From: Candidatus Spongiisociaceae bacterium
GTDB lineage: Bacteria > Actinomycetota > Acidimicrobiia > Spongiisociales > Spongiisociaceae
Assembly: GCA_965262915.1 (NCBI GenBank)
Contig: OZ253564.1
Span: forward strand, 3,392,001 to 3,456,000
Length of the DNA: 64,000 bases
Reading direction: 5' to 3'
The translations under genes were made by a program, and so were the position numbers. The notes below the pieces were generated by a model. The model saw only the letters and a list, made by a program, of their open reading frames with translations, did no database searches and was not told the origin of the DNA. Below, piece after piece: positions 49,045 through 58,327 of this stretch (position 1 is the first letter of the stretch; each line of letters starts with the position of its first letter).

Positions 49045-49950
49045 ATGCTCCGCATCACCCGTGACATCGTTTCCTATTTCTACGAAGTCTCGGATTCTCC
49101 TCGGCTCGCTGTCTCGCCCGGTGAAACGGTGGTGTTCGAAACGTGGGACGCCAGGGCAGGTGCATTGCTCGACCGCCCACCGAGCATCCCTTTCGAGCTA
49201 CCCCTACCGACTCCCGGCCGCGGCAACCCTCTGACCGGGCCGCTCGCCGTACGGGGAGCCGATCCGGGTGACGCCCTTGTGGTTCGCATCGAACGTATCG
49301 AGTGCCGATCCCCAGGTTGGTGCGGCGGTCACGCCCATGTCGGACCGTTCCCCATGGGTCGGGTTCCCCGTCCGGTGGGCCGCGTATGCAGGATCGAAGG
49401 CAGTTTGGTTCGGTACTCGGACGATGTGCTTCTGCCGCTCCAACCGATGGTCGGCTGTATCGGCACCGCCGTCCCGGGCGACGCTCCCCAAGCCGGCATT
49501 CCCGGACGACACGGTGGCAATCTCGACCATCCGGTGGTTGCCGAGGGGACCACCGTCATCCTCCCGGTCTTTGCACACAGCGGTCTGCTCTACATTGGCG
49601 ATGTCCACGCTGCGCAGGGTGACGGGGAGTTGTCCGGTGTGGCCGTGGAGATCCCGGCCGAAGTGACCGTGAGCATCGACCTGCTGAAAGGGGTCGGGTT
49701 CCGGTGGCCTTGGGCCGTCACGGCTGGCGCGGTCATGGTCATGACTGCTGATCTCGAGTTCGGGCGGGCCCGCGAGGAAGCGGTAGAAGCAATGATGCGG
49801 GTGCTTGAGTCGCAACTGGGGTTGGAGCCGGCGGATGCCTTGGCGCTGATCTCGGTGGCCGGAAACCTCAGGATCGGGCAAGCCTTCGGAGGGATGGAAA
49901 TGACGCTGCGGCTCGAGATGCCGCGTTCGCTAGGGATCTCTCCGGCCTAG
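49045..49950 (+). CDS. Acetamidase/formamidase (FmdA/AmdA) family protein
   Basis: NPLTGP...GA.PGD, PMVGCIG, HGGNLD, GDVHAAQGDGE. Confidence 0.88.
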   Translation: MLRITRDIVSYFYEVSDSPRLAVSPGETVVFETWDARAGALLDRPPSIPFELPLPTPGRGNPLTGPLAVRGADPGDALVVRIERIECRSPGWCGGHAHVGPFPMGRVPRPVGRVCRIEGSLVRYSDDVLLPLQPMVGCIGTAVPGDAPQAGIPGRHGGNLDHPVVAEGTTVILPVFAHSGLLYIGDVHAAQGDGELSGVAVEIPAEVTVSIDLLKGVGFRWPWAVTAGAVMVMTADLEFGRAREEAVEAMMRVLESQLGLEPADALALISVAGNLRIGQAFGGMEMTLRLEMPRSLGISPA

Positions 49951-50060
49951 GAGGGTGCTGAGAAACCCTGTGCAAAGGGGTTCGCGCGCTAGCCCCCAGC
50001 GCCCTGAGCAGGTAGTTTGCCAACCGGCCAACCCCGCTAGATTCGTTATCGAGCACCCTC
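49951..50060. mobile_element. 110-bp MITE-like element, family A
   Basis: TIRs GAGGGTGCTGAGAAAC / GTTATCGAGCACCCTC; flanked by CTAG (the stop codon) and CTAA. Confidence 0.72.
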
Positions 50061-50574
50061 CTAATGTCGCGAATCTTTAGTTCGCTGTATGCCAGGACCC
50101 GCGTCAGTCGGTAGTCGTACTGGTACCTGGTGTCCCGAGTCCTTGGTTCGCTACGGTGGGAGACCGACGTCCTCCCACGAAGGGCACGCCCGCCCGCTTA
50201 GATCACTCCCGCGGGGACCGAGCGCGTCGCCACAAGAGGGTTCAGGGTGTCACAGTGCCGTTACCGGTCCGTCTTGCGGTACCGACCGGACCGGGCAGGG
50301 ATCATGTTGCCGGAGCCGACCCCTCATAAGGGATGGCGGGACGCGTTCAGGAACCGAGGAAGTGTTGCTGAACATCAGATCTCCAGTGGTTATGTTATTT
50401 TTGGGTTGGTTGTTACACCGTGTGGTTAACGTAGTAGAGGTTTCGGACGACCGGGGCCGGAGGACGGGACCATGACTCCTGTCAACAATGTCGTGAGCAA
50501 AGGTGACGGTTGCCGGCGGTGCGCTCATCACCGGATGGGCCAGAGCCGCCATCGCTCGTGTAGGGGTGGAGTCG

Positions 50575-51165
50575 ATCAAAGACCCCGATGGAACCATATC
50601 CCGGCTCATGTGGGCTAGCCGGATGGCATCGGACTCGGACACCGCACCCGGATGGATCTTGTAGGCTCGGAATCCGTTATCGACAGCCTCTGCCACCTGC
50701 TCGACCACCAACTCCGTCTGCGTGTGAACAGGAGGAGAGGTGGCGACGACGGGAATCTCCCGGTTGTGTCCCCCTAGCAAGGCGTAGACGGGCACCCCTC
50801 TCGCTTTGGCGACTGCATCCCACAGGGCGATGTCGACGGCCGCCATGGCAGGTTGGAGAGGGAATCCGTGACCGGCCCAGCCGTCCAGTAGGGCCCCAGA
50901 TCTGATCCAGGTCGCTGAGCCGGCAGTCGAGCAGGCGGGGCTTGATCACCTCGGTGACTTGTACCAGACAAGGAGCTAGCTCATCGTCGATCGGACCGAG
51001 CAGGCCGGTAGCTTCAACATCCATGTCGGTCCGCATACGCACCACCCCGTGGTGGATTCGGCCACCGATATGACCACGGTCATCGGCCACCGGAATCGTC
51101 GTGACATCCCACTCGACTATGTCCACTACTAGGTCAAGGATCCGCACCTGCTCCCCCTGGATCAC
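50575..51165 (-). pseudogene. Mandelate racemase/MLE family remnant (frameshifted ~50870, 3' truncated)
   Basis: N-terminal strand/RTD motif in one frame; AAVDIALWDAVAKARGVPVYALLGG...GFRAYKIH in another; no metal-ligand half. Confidence 0.8.
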
Positions 51166-51212
51166 TCGCTAGCGCGGATCCGCCTCTGACAGACATCCGG
51201 CTTCCCGCTTTC

Positions 51213-51716
51213 GTGGTCGGCATCGTGAACCAGGGAGTGCTACTGCACGTAGCTGCGCCCCGCACCATCTACAAACAACCCGCCGACGACTTCGTTGCAG
51301 ACTTCGTCGGGACATTGAACGAACTCACTATCCGTATCGAGAGCGTCGACGGAGAAAGGGGCCTGGTGACCTCCGGAGACCAGGAGAGGATCTGGATAGA
51401 CCTGCCCGGCGGCGGGACCGTCGGAGACATCGTCCGGCTCGCGGTCCGCCCCGAAGCGCTACAGCTCACGCTCGACGGCGAATGGGATAGGACCACCGAC
51501 CTCAGCTACACCAGCGGCACGGTCTCCGATGTCATCTACCTGGGCCCGTTCACGCAATTCCTGATCGAGAGCGATCGGCTGGGACGTCTTGTCAGCCAGC
51601 GGATTAGCGATGCGTCTGCGGCTGCGGTTCGGCCGGGCATGGGGGTCGTCGTCAGCTGGCATCCCGATACCGCATTCATGCTGAGCGGTCCCGCGGCTGC
51701 CGGCGATGATCGCTAG
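51213..51716 (+). pseudogene. C-terminal fragment of a PotA-like ATPase (paralog of 47893-49035)
   Basis: PRTIYKQPADDFVADFVGTLN, LAVRPE, DVIYLGP; no Walker A/B. Confidence 0.82.
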
Positions 51717-52632
51717 GAGCGGCGCCCTCCCGACCCTCCGCCGTGACGTCGTCGGCTACAGCTACACCGCCGAACAAACCCCCCGACTGACCGTGGAGGC
51801 GGGCGCGACTGTCCGGTTCGAGACGTGGGACGCGCGTGCCGGCGCCCTTCTCGACCGTGCTCCCGGCTCTCCCTTCGAACTGCCATTACCCACGCCCGGA
51901 CGCGGCAACCCCCTCACGGAGCCCCTTGCAATAAGGGGCGCCGCGCCGGGCGACACCCTTCTGGTCAGAATCGACGACATTTCCTGCATGTCACCGGGCT
52001 GGTGCGGAGGTCATGCCCACGTCGGGCCGCTACCCCCGGGCCGAATACCCCACCCCTTGGGACGCGTCTGCCCCCACGACGGCGACATCGTCCACTACTC
52101 GGATGACGTGAAGCTGCCTCTCTCCCCCATGATCGGCTGCATGGGGACGGCGGTGGCCGATGATCCACCCAACTCGGGACTTCCGGGTATGCATGGGGGG
52201 AACCTGGATCATCCTGTCGTCACGACGGGAGCCGTGGTCCACCTGCCGGTCTTTGTCGATCGGGGACTCCTATACATAGGTGATGTTCACGCTGCGCAGG
52301 GCGACGGCGAGCTTTCCGGGGTCGGCCTCGAGATCCCCGCCGACGTGACAGTGACCGTCGACATCGACCGTGGCCGTCATCTACGGTGGCCGTGGGTAGT
52401 CAACCAGGATCGGGTGATCGTGATGACCTCGGCAACGGAATTCGCGGATGCCAGACAGGAAGCCGTCGAGCAAGCGGTTCGAGTCCTTGAGACACAACTC
52501 GGCTACGAGCCCGCAGATGCTCTCGCCCTCATCTCCGTCGCCTGCGACCTACGCATCGGCCAGGCATTCGGCGGCATGGAGATGACGTTGCGACTCGAGA
52601 TGCCGAGATCACTGGGAATAGTTCCCGGATAG
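51706..52632 (+). CDS. Acetamidase/formamidase family protein, paralog of 49045-49950
   Basis: Shared FETWDARAGALLDR, PGWCGGHAHVGP, GDVHAAQGDGELSG, GQAFGGMEMTLRLEMPRSLG. Confidence 0.88.
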   Translation: MIARSGALPTLRRDVVGYSYTAEQTPRLTVEAGATVRFETWDARAGALLDRAPGSPFELPLPTPGRGNPLTEPLAIRGAAPGDTLLVRIDDISCMSPGWCGGHAHVGPLPPGRIPHPLGRVCPHDGDIVHYSDDVKLPLSPMIGCMGTAVADDPPNSGLPGMHGGNLDHPVVTTGAVVHLPVFVDRGLLYIGDVHAAQGDGELSGVGLEIPADVTVTVDIDRGRHLRWPWVVNQDRVIVMTSATEFADARQEAVEQAVRVLETQLGYEPADALALISVACDLRIGQAFGGMEMTLRLEMPRSLGIVPG

Positions 52633-52901
52633 GCCGGACCTCCCGGGTCGAACCCCCCGACTCTCGACCTCCTCCGCCTCCACGATAAAATGGGCCACAA
52701 GGGCTGTCATTCGGAATGAGCCTGCCCCATTGGCTCGCAATCTCAATGCCTGAGGGGTCGATGACTTCTCCGCCAATCCCCCGCTCGAAGAAGTCGCCGA
52801 CCGGATCGGCGCGAACGGGGGTTCCGGGACCGGACGATAGGATGGTCTCGGGATACGAGACACCCCCCTCCACTGCCTGCAGACAAACTAGGAGGCTTTC
52901 A

Positions 52902-53294
52902 ATGCCTACTGCTCGTGGACCTTTTGACGTCACTATCGAGGCCGAGCCTCCTTTCCTGGAGCAGGACGGCATCAAGCTGAACCGCAACATGGTCCGCAAG
53001 CAATTCTGCGGAGACATGGTCGGCAGGTCTGAGGCCCAGATGGTCGCGGCTTACACGGCCACCCCGGGCTCGGCCGGATACGTAGCCATCGAGCACTTCA
53101 CCGGCTCGGTCGCCGGCAGGTCGGGCTCGTTCGTCCTCCAGCACCACGGTTTGATGGAGGATGGCGAGGCCCAACTGATGGTCACGATGGTTCCGGACTC
53201 CGGCACCGGTGAGTTGGCCCGGATCTCGGGCAGCCTCGAGATCCACAACGACGACGGAAAGCACTCCTACATCCTCGAGTACGAGCATCGATGA
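52902..53294 (+). CDS. DUF3224 family protein
   Basis: RBS AGGAGG; SAGYVAIEHFTG...GRSGSFVLQH, VPDSGTGEL..ISG. Confidence 0.82.
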   Translation: MPTARGPFDVTIEAEPPFLEQDGIKLNRNMVRKQFCGDMVGRSEAQMVAAYTATPGSAGYVAIEHFTGSVAGRSGSFVLQHHGLMEDGEAQLMVTMVPDSGTGELARISGSLEIHNDDGKHSYILEYEHR

Positions 53295-53827
53295 CCGGAC
53301 GCTATCTGGTGATGCCGCGGGGTATCAACGTCGGGACCCGCAATCGGGTACCGATGGCGGGGCTCAGGTCGAAGCTGGCCGACGAGGGCTACTCCGACGT
53401 GGCGACCGTCCTGGCGAGCGGGAACGTGATCGTTTCGGCCGAATCGGATCGTCCCGACGAGGTCGCCGACGCCATAGAACGGTTGCTCAGCGACCACTTC
53501 GACGTAAACGTTCCCTGCGTCGTCCGAACGGCGAACCAGGTTCGGGGGATACTCGACCGCAATCCGCTGCACGAGGTCGTGTCCGACCCGTCGCGCTACT
53601 TGGTGAACTTCCTCTCGGAGGAGCCCGATCCCGAAGTGGTAGCGGCGCTGCTGGAGGAGGACCACAGCCCCGAGGCCATCGCGATCGAAGGCACCGAGGC
53701 ATACGTGTGGACTCCAGATGGTGTCAAGGCGATGACCCTCTCGCACGCGTACCTCGAGAAGCGGTTCGGCGTCGTCGCCACGGCGCGCAACTGGAACACC
53801 ATGACGAAGATCGCCGCCAAGTTCTGA
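53291..53827 (+). CDS. DUF1697 family protein
   Basis: RGINVG..NRVPMA.L, VATVLASGNV, TARNWNT. Confidence 0.85.
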   Translation: MTGRYLVMPRGINVGTRNRVPMAGLRSKLADEGYSDVATVLASGNVIVSAESDRPDEVADAIERLLSDHFDVNVPCVVRTANQVRGILDRNPLHEVVSDPSRYLVNFLSEEPDPEVVAALLEEDHSPEAIAIEGTEAYVWTPDGVKAMTLSHAYLEKRFGVVATARNWNTMTKIAAKF

Positions 53828-53833
53828 CTTGCA

Positions 53834-54880
53834 TCACCCGCGATGCTCTCGCCTCTCCACGCACCGCGCTACGACGGCGATGTGTTGGCCCTGCTGCACC
53901 GGCGCACGCCAGGCCGCGGCGATCAGGTAGCCGTCCACCCCGGCGCGCACCCGCCAGGGATCCTCGTCGATACGGTGAAAGTCGTGGAGCAAGCCGACCA
54001 CCTGGCCGACGACGACATGCGACCCGCGCTCGAGGAGCGGCTCGTAGTGTCCTGGCCACGGCGCCCGAACGTAGCAAGCCGGGTCGACCGCCTCGACCAA
54101 CCGTTGGGTTCGGGCCGCATGATGGGCTACAGGCTCCACATCGACGTTCATCTGACCGGAGAGAACAGCGGCCGCGATCACACCGTGGCGGGCGTAGCGG
54201 ACACCATCGGGACTCAGCGCACCTCCCCAGCCGAACTCGCCGCCCACCGAGATCTTTCCATCTCTCTCGGCGTCGCTGGTGAGCAATCTGGGGGTCAGGT
54301 CCTGATAAGTGAGAATGAATGGCACGCCGAACCACCGGGCCATCTCGAGCATCGCCGCAGCCTGCCGCTCATCGGGGACCCGATGAAAGCTCGTCAGCGG
54401 TGCGAACCGGGCCACATCGCCTCCGGCGTGGAGGTCGATGACAACGTGGACGTGGGGCCAGATGCTCGTTCGCACGAAGTCGGCTATGCGATGGGTGATC
54501 CCTGAGACGCCCGCGAGGCGACCGGCTCCGTCGACGAAGGCTCGGTTGAGGTTGACACCGTCGGCGTCGACGCTCTCCCTCCGGCCCGCCCGGAAGGCCG
54601 GGGGACTCAGAACCGGAACCAGCACAACCCTTCCGGTCACTGTGGCTTCGTCGATCTCCCGGAGAAGGTGCTTGAGGGCTACCGGGCCCTCGTACTCGTC
54701 ACCATGGGTGGATCCGAAGGCCACCAAGCCCTGTCCATCCCGGGCATCGGACCCGACCCAGACCGTGAGCGGTACCAGCCATTCACCCCAGATGGAGTCA
54801 TGCGGAAGGCCCACCCAATAGTCACGGCGTCCGGGCGATTCAAGGTCCAAGCCGCCGGGGGTGACCATCTGCCTAGCCAT
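53834..54880 (-). CDS. Succinylglutamate desuccinylase/aspartoacylase (AstE/AspA, M14) family
   Basis: STHGDEYEG, NLNRAF, IDLHAGG, GEFG. Confidence 0.88.
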   Translation of the reverse strand: MARQMVTPGGLDLESPGRRDYWVGLPHDSIWGEWLVPLTVWVGSDARDGQGLVAFGSTHGDEYEGPVALKHLLREIDEATVTGRVVLVPVLSPPAFRAGRRESVDADGVNLNRAFVDGAGRLAGVSGITHRIADFVRTSIWPHVHVVIDLHAGGDVARFAPLTSFHRVPDERQAAAMLEMARWFGVPFILTYQDLTPRLLTSDAERDGKISVGGEFGWGGALSPDGVRYARHGVIAAAVLSGQMNVDVEPVAHHAARTQRLVEAVDPACYVRAPWPGHYEPLLERGSHVVVGQVVGLLHDFHRIDEDPWRVRAGVDGYLIAAAWRAPVQQGQHIAVVARCVERREHRG

Positions 54881-54955
54881 ACACCCTCCGGGACTGCCGA
54901 ATCGAACAACTTCGTGATCGCCCTATCGTCGAACACCTGTCGGCCGGCCCGCTAG

Positions 54956-55181
54956 ACGAGTAGTTCCAAGGGATCGGATCGGCAATGATGCTTGTACTAT
55001 CGGTAGCCAACGACATACAACACATCCTGTGACTCCTTTTGGCGCGGGGTCCCGATTCATTCCCGATCTCGAAGGCGCCTCGGCGCGACCCGGAACTCGG
55101 ATACCGCTACGGAGGCCGGAAAGCAACGCAATCTACCGCTAACTCAAGACTGTTTGCTCCGGACCCCTTGGAACTAACCAT
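54956..55181. mobile_element. 226-bp MITE-like element, family B
   Basis: TIRs ACGAGTAGTTCCAAGGGATCGGA / TCCGGACCCCTTGGAACTAACCAT; CTAG on both sides (54952-55, 55182-85). Confidence 0.8.
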
Positions 55182-56354
55182 CTAGTTGACACGGTGGTGC
55201 TCCACGAACTCGATATCCACGGCCACACCGAGCCCCGGCGCGTCCGGTACCGACAGCGTGCCATCTGCGTTCAGAGACATCGCCCCGCAGGTCACACCGC
55301 GGCTCAGCCGACTCTGCGCGGCGTTGAACTCCACGTAACGCCCACCGGACAGGGTCGACATGAAGTGAACGCTGTAGGCATGCAGGAGATCGGAGATCCA
55401 CGAGTGGGTGATCACATCGACATCACGCTCGGCAGCCAACGCGGCGACACGGGTTGCGACCGTGAGACCTCCGCAGCGGGTGAGATCCGGCTGCAGGATA
55501 TCGACGCAGCCGCCATCCAGGTATCGCTCGAAATCCCAAATCGTGGTGAGTTGCTCGCCGGCAGCGACCAGCACGGGGCTGTGCTCCCGAACGTAGGCGT
55601 AGTCCAGCAGGTACTCGGGATGTATGAAGTCCTCCACCCAAACAGGGTTGAACGGGGCAACCCGCTCGCACAACTCCAGGTTCTCCCGGCGAGTTCGGAA
55701 GCGAAGGCCGTCCGACCATCCGATGCCGTACCATCCGGGGTCGATCATGAGATCCCTGCCGGGCCCCAGAGCCTCCCGGATCGCTGCGAGGATCTCGACA
55801 TCGCGACCCGGGTCCTCGCCGAAAGGACCCCAACCGAACTTCGCCGCCGGGTAGCCGGCTTCGACGAATCTGCGGGCTGCCCGGTGGTTGTCCTCGGGGT
55901 CGTCCCAGAAGAGGCTCGAAGCGTAAGCCCGCAGCGACTCTTGCTTGCGACCACCGAGCAGTTCGGACAGCGGCAGGGAGGCGGCTTGGGCCTTGATCGA
56001 CCAGAGGCAGTTGTCCACCGCCGATATGCAATGGAGCGCGATCCCCCTCCGTCCGTAGTAGGTGGTGCCCACGAACATCTTGTTCCAGAGCCGTTCGGTG
56101 TCCGACGGATCCTCGCCCAGGAGGAGGTCTCTGAGGGTGTGGAAACCCATCGGGCCCATGCTCACACCCTGCACTATCGAGGGCACCGCCGTGGTGAGCG
56201 TCTCCACCTCGGACCATCCCACGAGGCCTTCGTCCGTGTCGACACGTATCAGCGCCAGCCAGTCACCCTGGTCGGTCGCGTCGGTTTCACACTTGCGCGT
56301 GCCGTAGGTCTCGTCGCCGCGCAGGAGGATACATTCGACGTCAGTGATGCGCAC
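55182..56354 (-). CDS. Enolase superfamily, mandelate racemase subgroup (acid-sugar dehydratase-like)
   Basis: VDTDEGLVG, ISAVDNCLW, MIDPG, WVED, AAGEQ, LQPD, ITHSW, PGLGV. Confidence 0.86.
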   Translation of the reverse strand: MRITDVECILLRGDETYGTRKCETDATDQGDWLALIRVDTDEGLVGWSEVETLTTAVPSIVQGVSMGPMGFHTLRDLLLGEDPSDTERLWNKMFVGTTYYGRRGIALHCISAVDNCLWSIKAQAASLPLSELLGGRKQESLRAYASSLFWDDPEDNHRAARRFVEAGYPAAKFGWGPFGEDPGRDVEILAAIREALGPGRDLMIDPGWYGIGWSDGLRFRTRRENLELCERVAPFNPVWVEDFIHPEYLLDYAYVREHSPVLVAAGEQLTTIWDFERYLDGGCVDILQPDLTRCGGLTVATRVAALAAERDVDVITHSWISDLLHAYSVHFMSTLSGGRYVEFNAAQSRLSRGVTCGAMSLNADGTLSVPDAPGLGVAVDIEFVEHHRVN

Positions 56355-56436
56355 CGGTCGGCCGCCTTTCCTTCGCGCGCTGGTTACCGGACCGATTCTC
56401 TCATACGGCAGGCGCCGGGGACCCCCTGCCCAGCCC

Positions 56437-57426
56437 TCAGGCCTGGCCGATGGCCATCGAGGGCGTCGGTGAGCAGTCGACGGCGGATTGGAGCAGGTCG
56501 AAGAGGCGGTCCACCTCGGCGGTCGTCTCCGGGTCGAGCCGGAAACCAACCGGACCCCGGACACGGGTGTTCTCGAATACGCCCTGCCTGACAAGGAGGT
56601 GTTTCTCGACGGCGATGAAGCCGTCGAGTCCGGACTGCATCGACACGAGCGCAGTAAGCGGTCCGTTGATGGCGTTGATGCGAGCCTCATCACCAGCCTC
56701 CAAGGCATCCCACAGGGCAACGATCGCCCAGCAGACCTCCGCTCCCGGCATCGTCCCGACGATCCCCCGCTTGTAGCTATCGACCAAGGCGATGCCGCCC
56801 GATCCCTCGAACACCCGGGCCGCCCCTCCCGTCGCATCGCGCAGTTCAGTGAGTCTGGGTCCTATGGGGACCGCCTCCGGCTTGAACAGGACCCGCCCTC
56901 CGTACTCGTCGAGTAATCGAGCCTGGAGGCCGATGGACATGGGCCGGCCCACATAGCCGCTGGCGTCCTGAATGACCAGGGGAACTTCGGTGGCGTCGAG
57001 CAACGACCGGTAGTAACCGGCGAGCTGATCATCAAGGCAGGGCACGGTCGTCGGTGGTATCGCCATTAGGGCGGACGCTCCGATGCTCTGGGCGTGGAGC
57101 GCGTATTCGACGGCTACCTTTGTGCTCTCCGCCCCAACGCTGACGATCACCGGTCCGTGGGCCAGACCGGTATCACATGCCATTTCGGCCAACAGGCGGC
57201 GCTCCTCGCCCGACAGCCGCAGGGTCTCGGACACCATCGCCATGACGATGCCATCGACTCCGTGTCCGTACATCCATCGAATCTCGTGCTCCAGCACGTC
57301 CCGATCGATGGAGTCGTCGTCACAGAACGGCGTCTGGAACACGGGGAAGACCCCGGATAGGGTCTCTGATCGCTCGGCTGACTCCGATCCGGCGCCCCGG
57401 CCGCTCATCGGCGGCAGGCTTCGCAT
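56437..57426 (-). CDS. Dihydrodipicolinate synthase/N-acetylneuraminate lyase family (non-DapA)
   Basis: GVFPVFQTPF, AMVSE (in place of GTTGE), VIQD, Schiff-base Lys in LFKPE, GTMPG. Confidence 0.82.
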   Translation of the reverse strand: MRSLPPMSGRGAGSESAERSETLSGVFPVFQTPFCDDDSIDRDVLEHEIRWMYGHGVDGIVMAMVSETLRLSGEERRLLAEMACDTGLAHGPVIVSVGAESTKVAVEYALHAQSIGASALMAIPPTTVPCLDDQLAGYYRSLLDATEVPLVIQDASGYVGRPMSIGLQARLLDEYGGRVLFKPEAVPIGPRLTELRDATGGAARVFEGSGGIALVDSYKRGIVGTMPGAEVCWAIVALWDALEAGDEARINAINGPLTALVSMQSGLDGFIAVEKHLLVRQGVFENTRVRGPVGFRLDPETTAEVDRLFDLLQSAVDCSPTPSMAIGQA

Positions 57427-57457
57427 GTCGGGCAGGCGGAGGCCGTTGTATCAGAGG

Positions 57458-58243
57458 TCACGGCGCGATCACCCCGTCCGGATAGCGGTCGAAGACCTTC
57501 ACGTCGTGGATGGGCACGATGTGCTGGGCGGTGTTCCGCACCCTCTCGTAGCACTCCAAGGCTTCGTACATGTTCTCGCAGAGTCCGAGCATCTCACCGT
57601 CCTCCACGTTCTCGTAGAAGAAGTAGGAGTCCGAGATCGCCACCACACCGACCGCGGTATCGACCTCGACCACGATCGACTCGCGATGGTGAGCGCCCGA
57701 CCACCAGGTGCGCAGTCCTGGCGCAATCTCGTCCTCGTCCTCCAGCAGGCGAACCCTATCCCAGCTGTCCGTGACGAGATCAACCAGGGTGTCCTTCGGC
57801 ATCGACCGCCACCGATCGTCGTGAGGATGGTCGTGGGTGGTGTGGAAGTGGATCCAGCCCCGTTTGGCGATGCAAACCTGCGCAGTCCTGAACAGGTGGA
57901 GGGTTCCGGTGGTGTAGAGCTCCAACGGAGTCAGCAAGATATGGGTGATATCGTCGGGAGTGAGGCCGACGGTCTCCAGCGCGCCGGTCATGTAGTGCTC
58001 CGGACGTCTCGTGAGGTCACCTTTCGGAGCGTCGTGGAGGTAGCGCATCCGTGGCCAGCCCTCTTCGACCATCGTGGTGTCGTCGGGAGGAGAAGCGTTT
58101 ACCAGAGCGGTTATGCCACCTCCCCGTATCAGGGTGACGTTGAACGCCAAGGGGTAGACCTCGTCCCAACGACTCATCCAGAAGACCTCGGGCCCCGCGA
58201 TCAGCGATTCGCCCACGCTCAGAACTCGCACCGAATACTGCAT
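57458..58243 (-). CDS. MBL-fold (AHL-lactonase-like) protein lacking HxHxDH
   Basis: GLTPDDITHILLTPLELYTTG, EIAPGL, GAHH, ISDS, VPIHD. Confidence 0.75.
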   Translation of the reverse strand: MQYSVRVLSVGESLIAGPEVFWMSRWDEVYPLAFNVTLIRGGGITALVNASPPDDTTMVEEGWPRMRYLHDAPKGDLTRRPEHYMTGALETVGLTPDDITHILLTPLELYTTGTLHLFRTAQVCIAKRGWIHFHTTHDHPHDDRWRSMPKDTLVDLVTDSWDRVRLLEDEDEIAPGLRTWWSGAHHRESIVVEVDTAVGVVAISDSYFFYENVEDGEMLGLCENMYEALECYERVRNTAQHIVPIHDVKVFDRYPDGVIAP

Positions 58244-58327
58244 GCGTCTCCTCCTCTCCTATGAGTCGCTTTTCGCCGATCGCCTCTCCCGACTCCGCGG
58301 CTCGTGCCGGTGCTCACGATAAGCAGG

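Noticed and set aside
50385-50435. AT-rich patch with weak dyad (GTTACAC..GTGGTTAAC), possible orphan promoter/operator
   Set aside because: No intact downstream gene and no clear consensus
56437-57426. Calling this gene dapA
   Set aside because: GTTGE and the catalytic Tyr are replaced (AMVSE, IQD) and the context is catabolic
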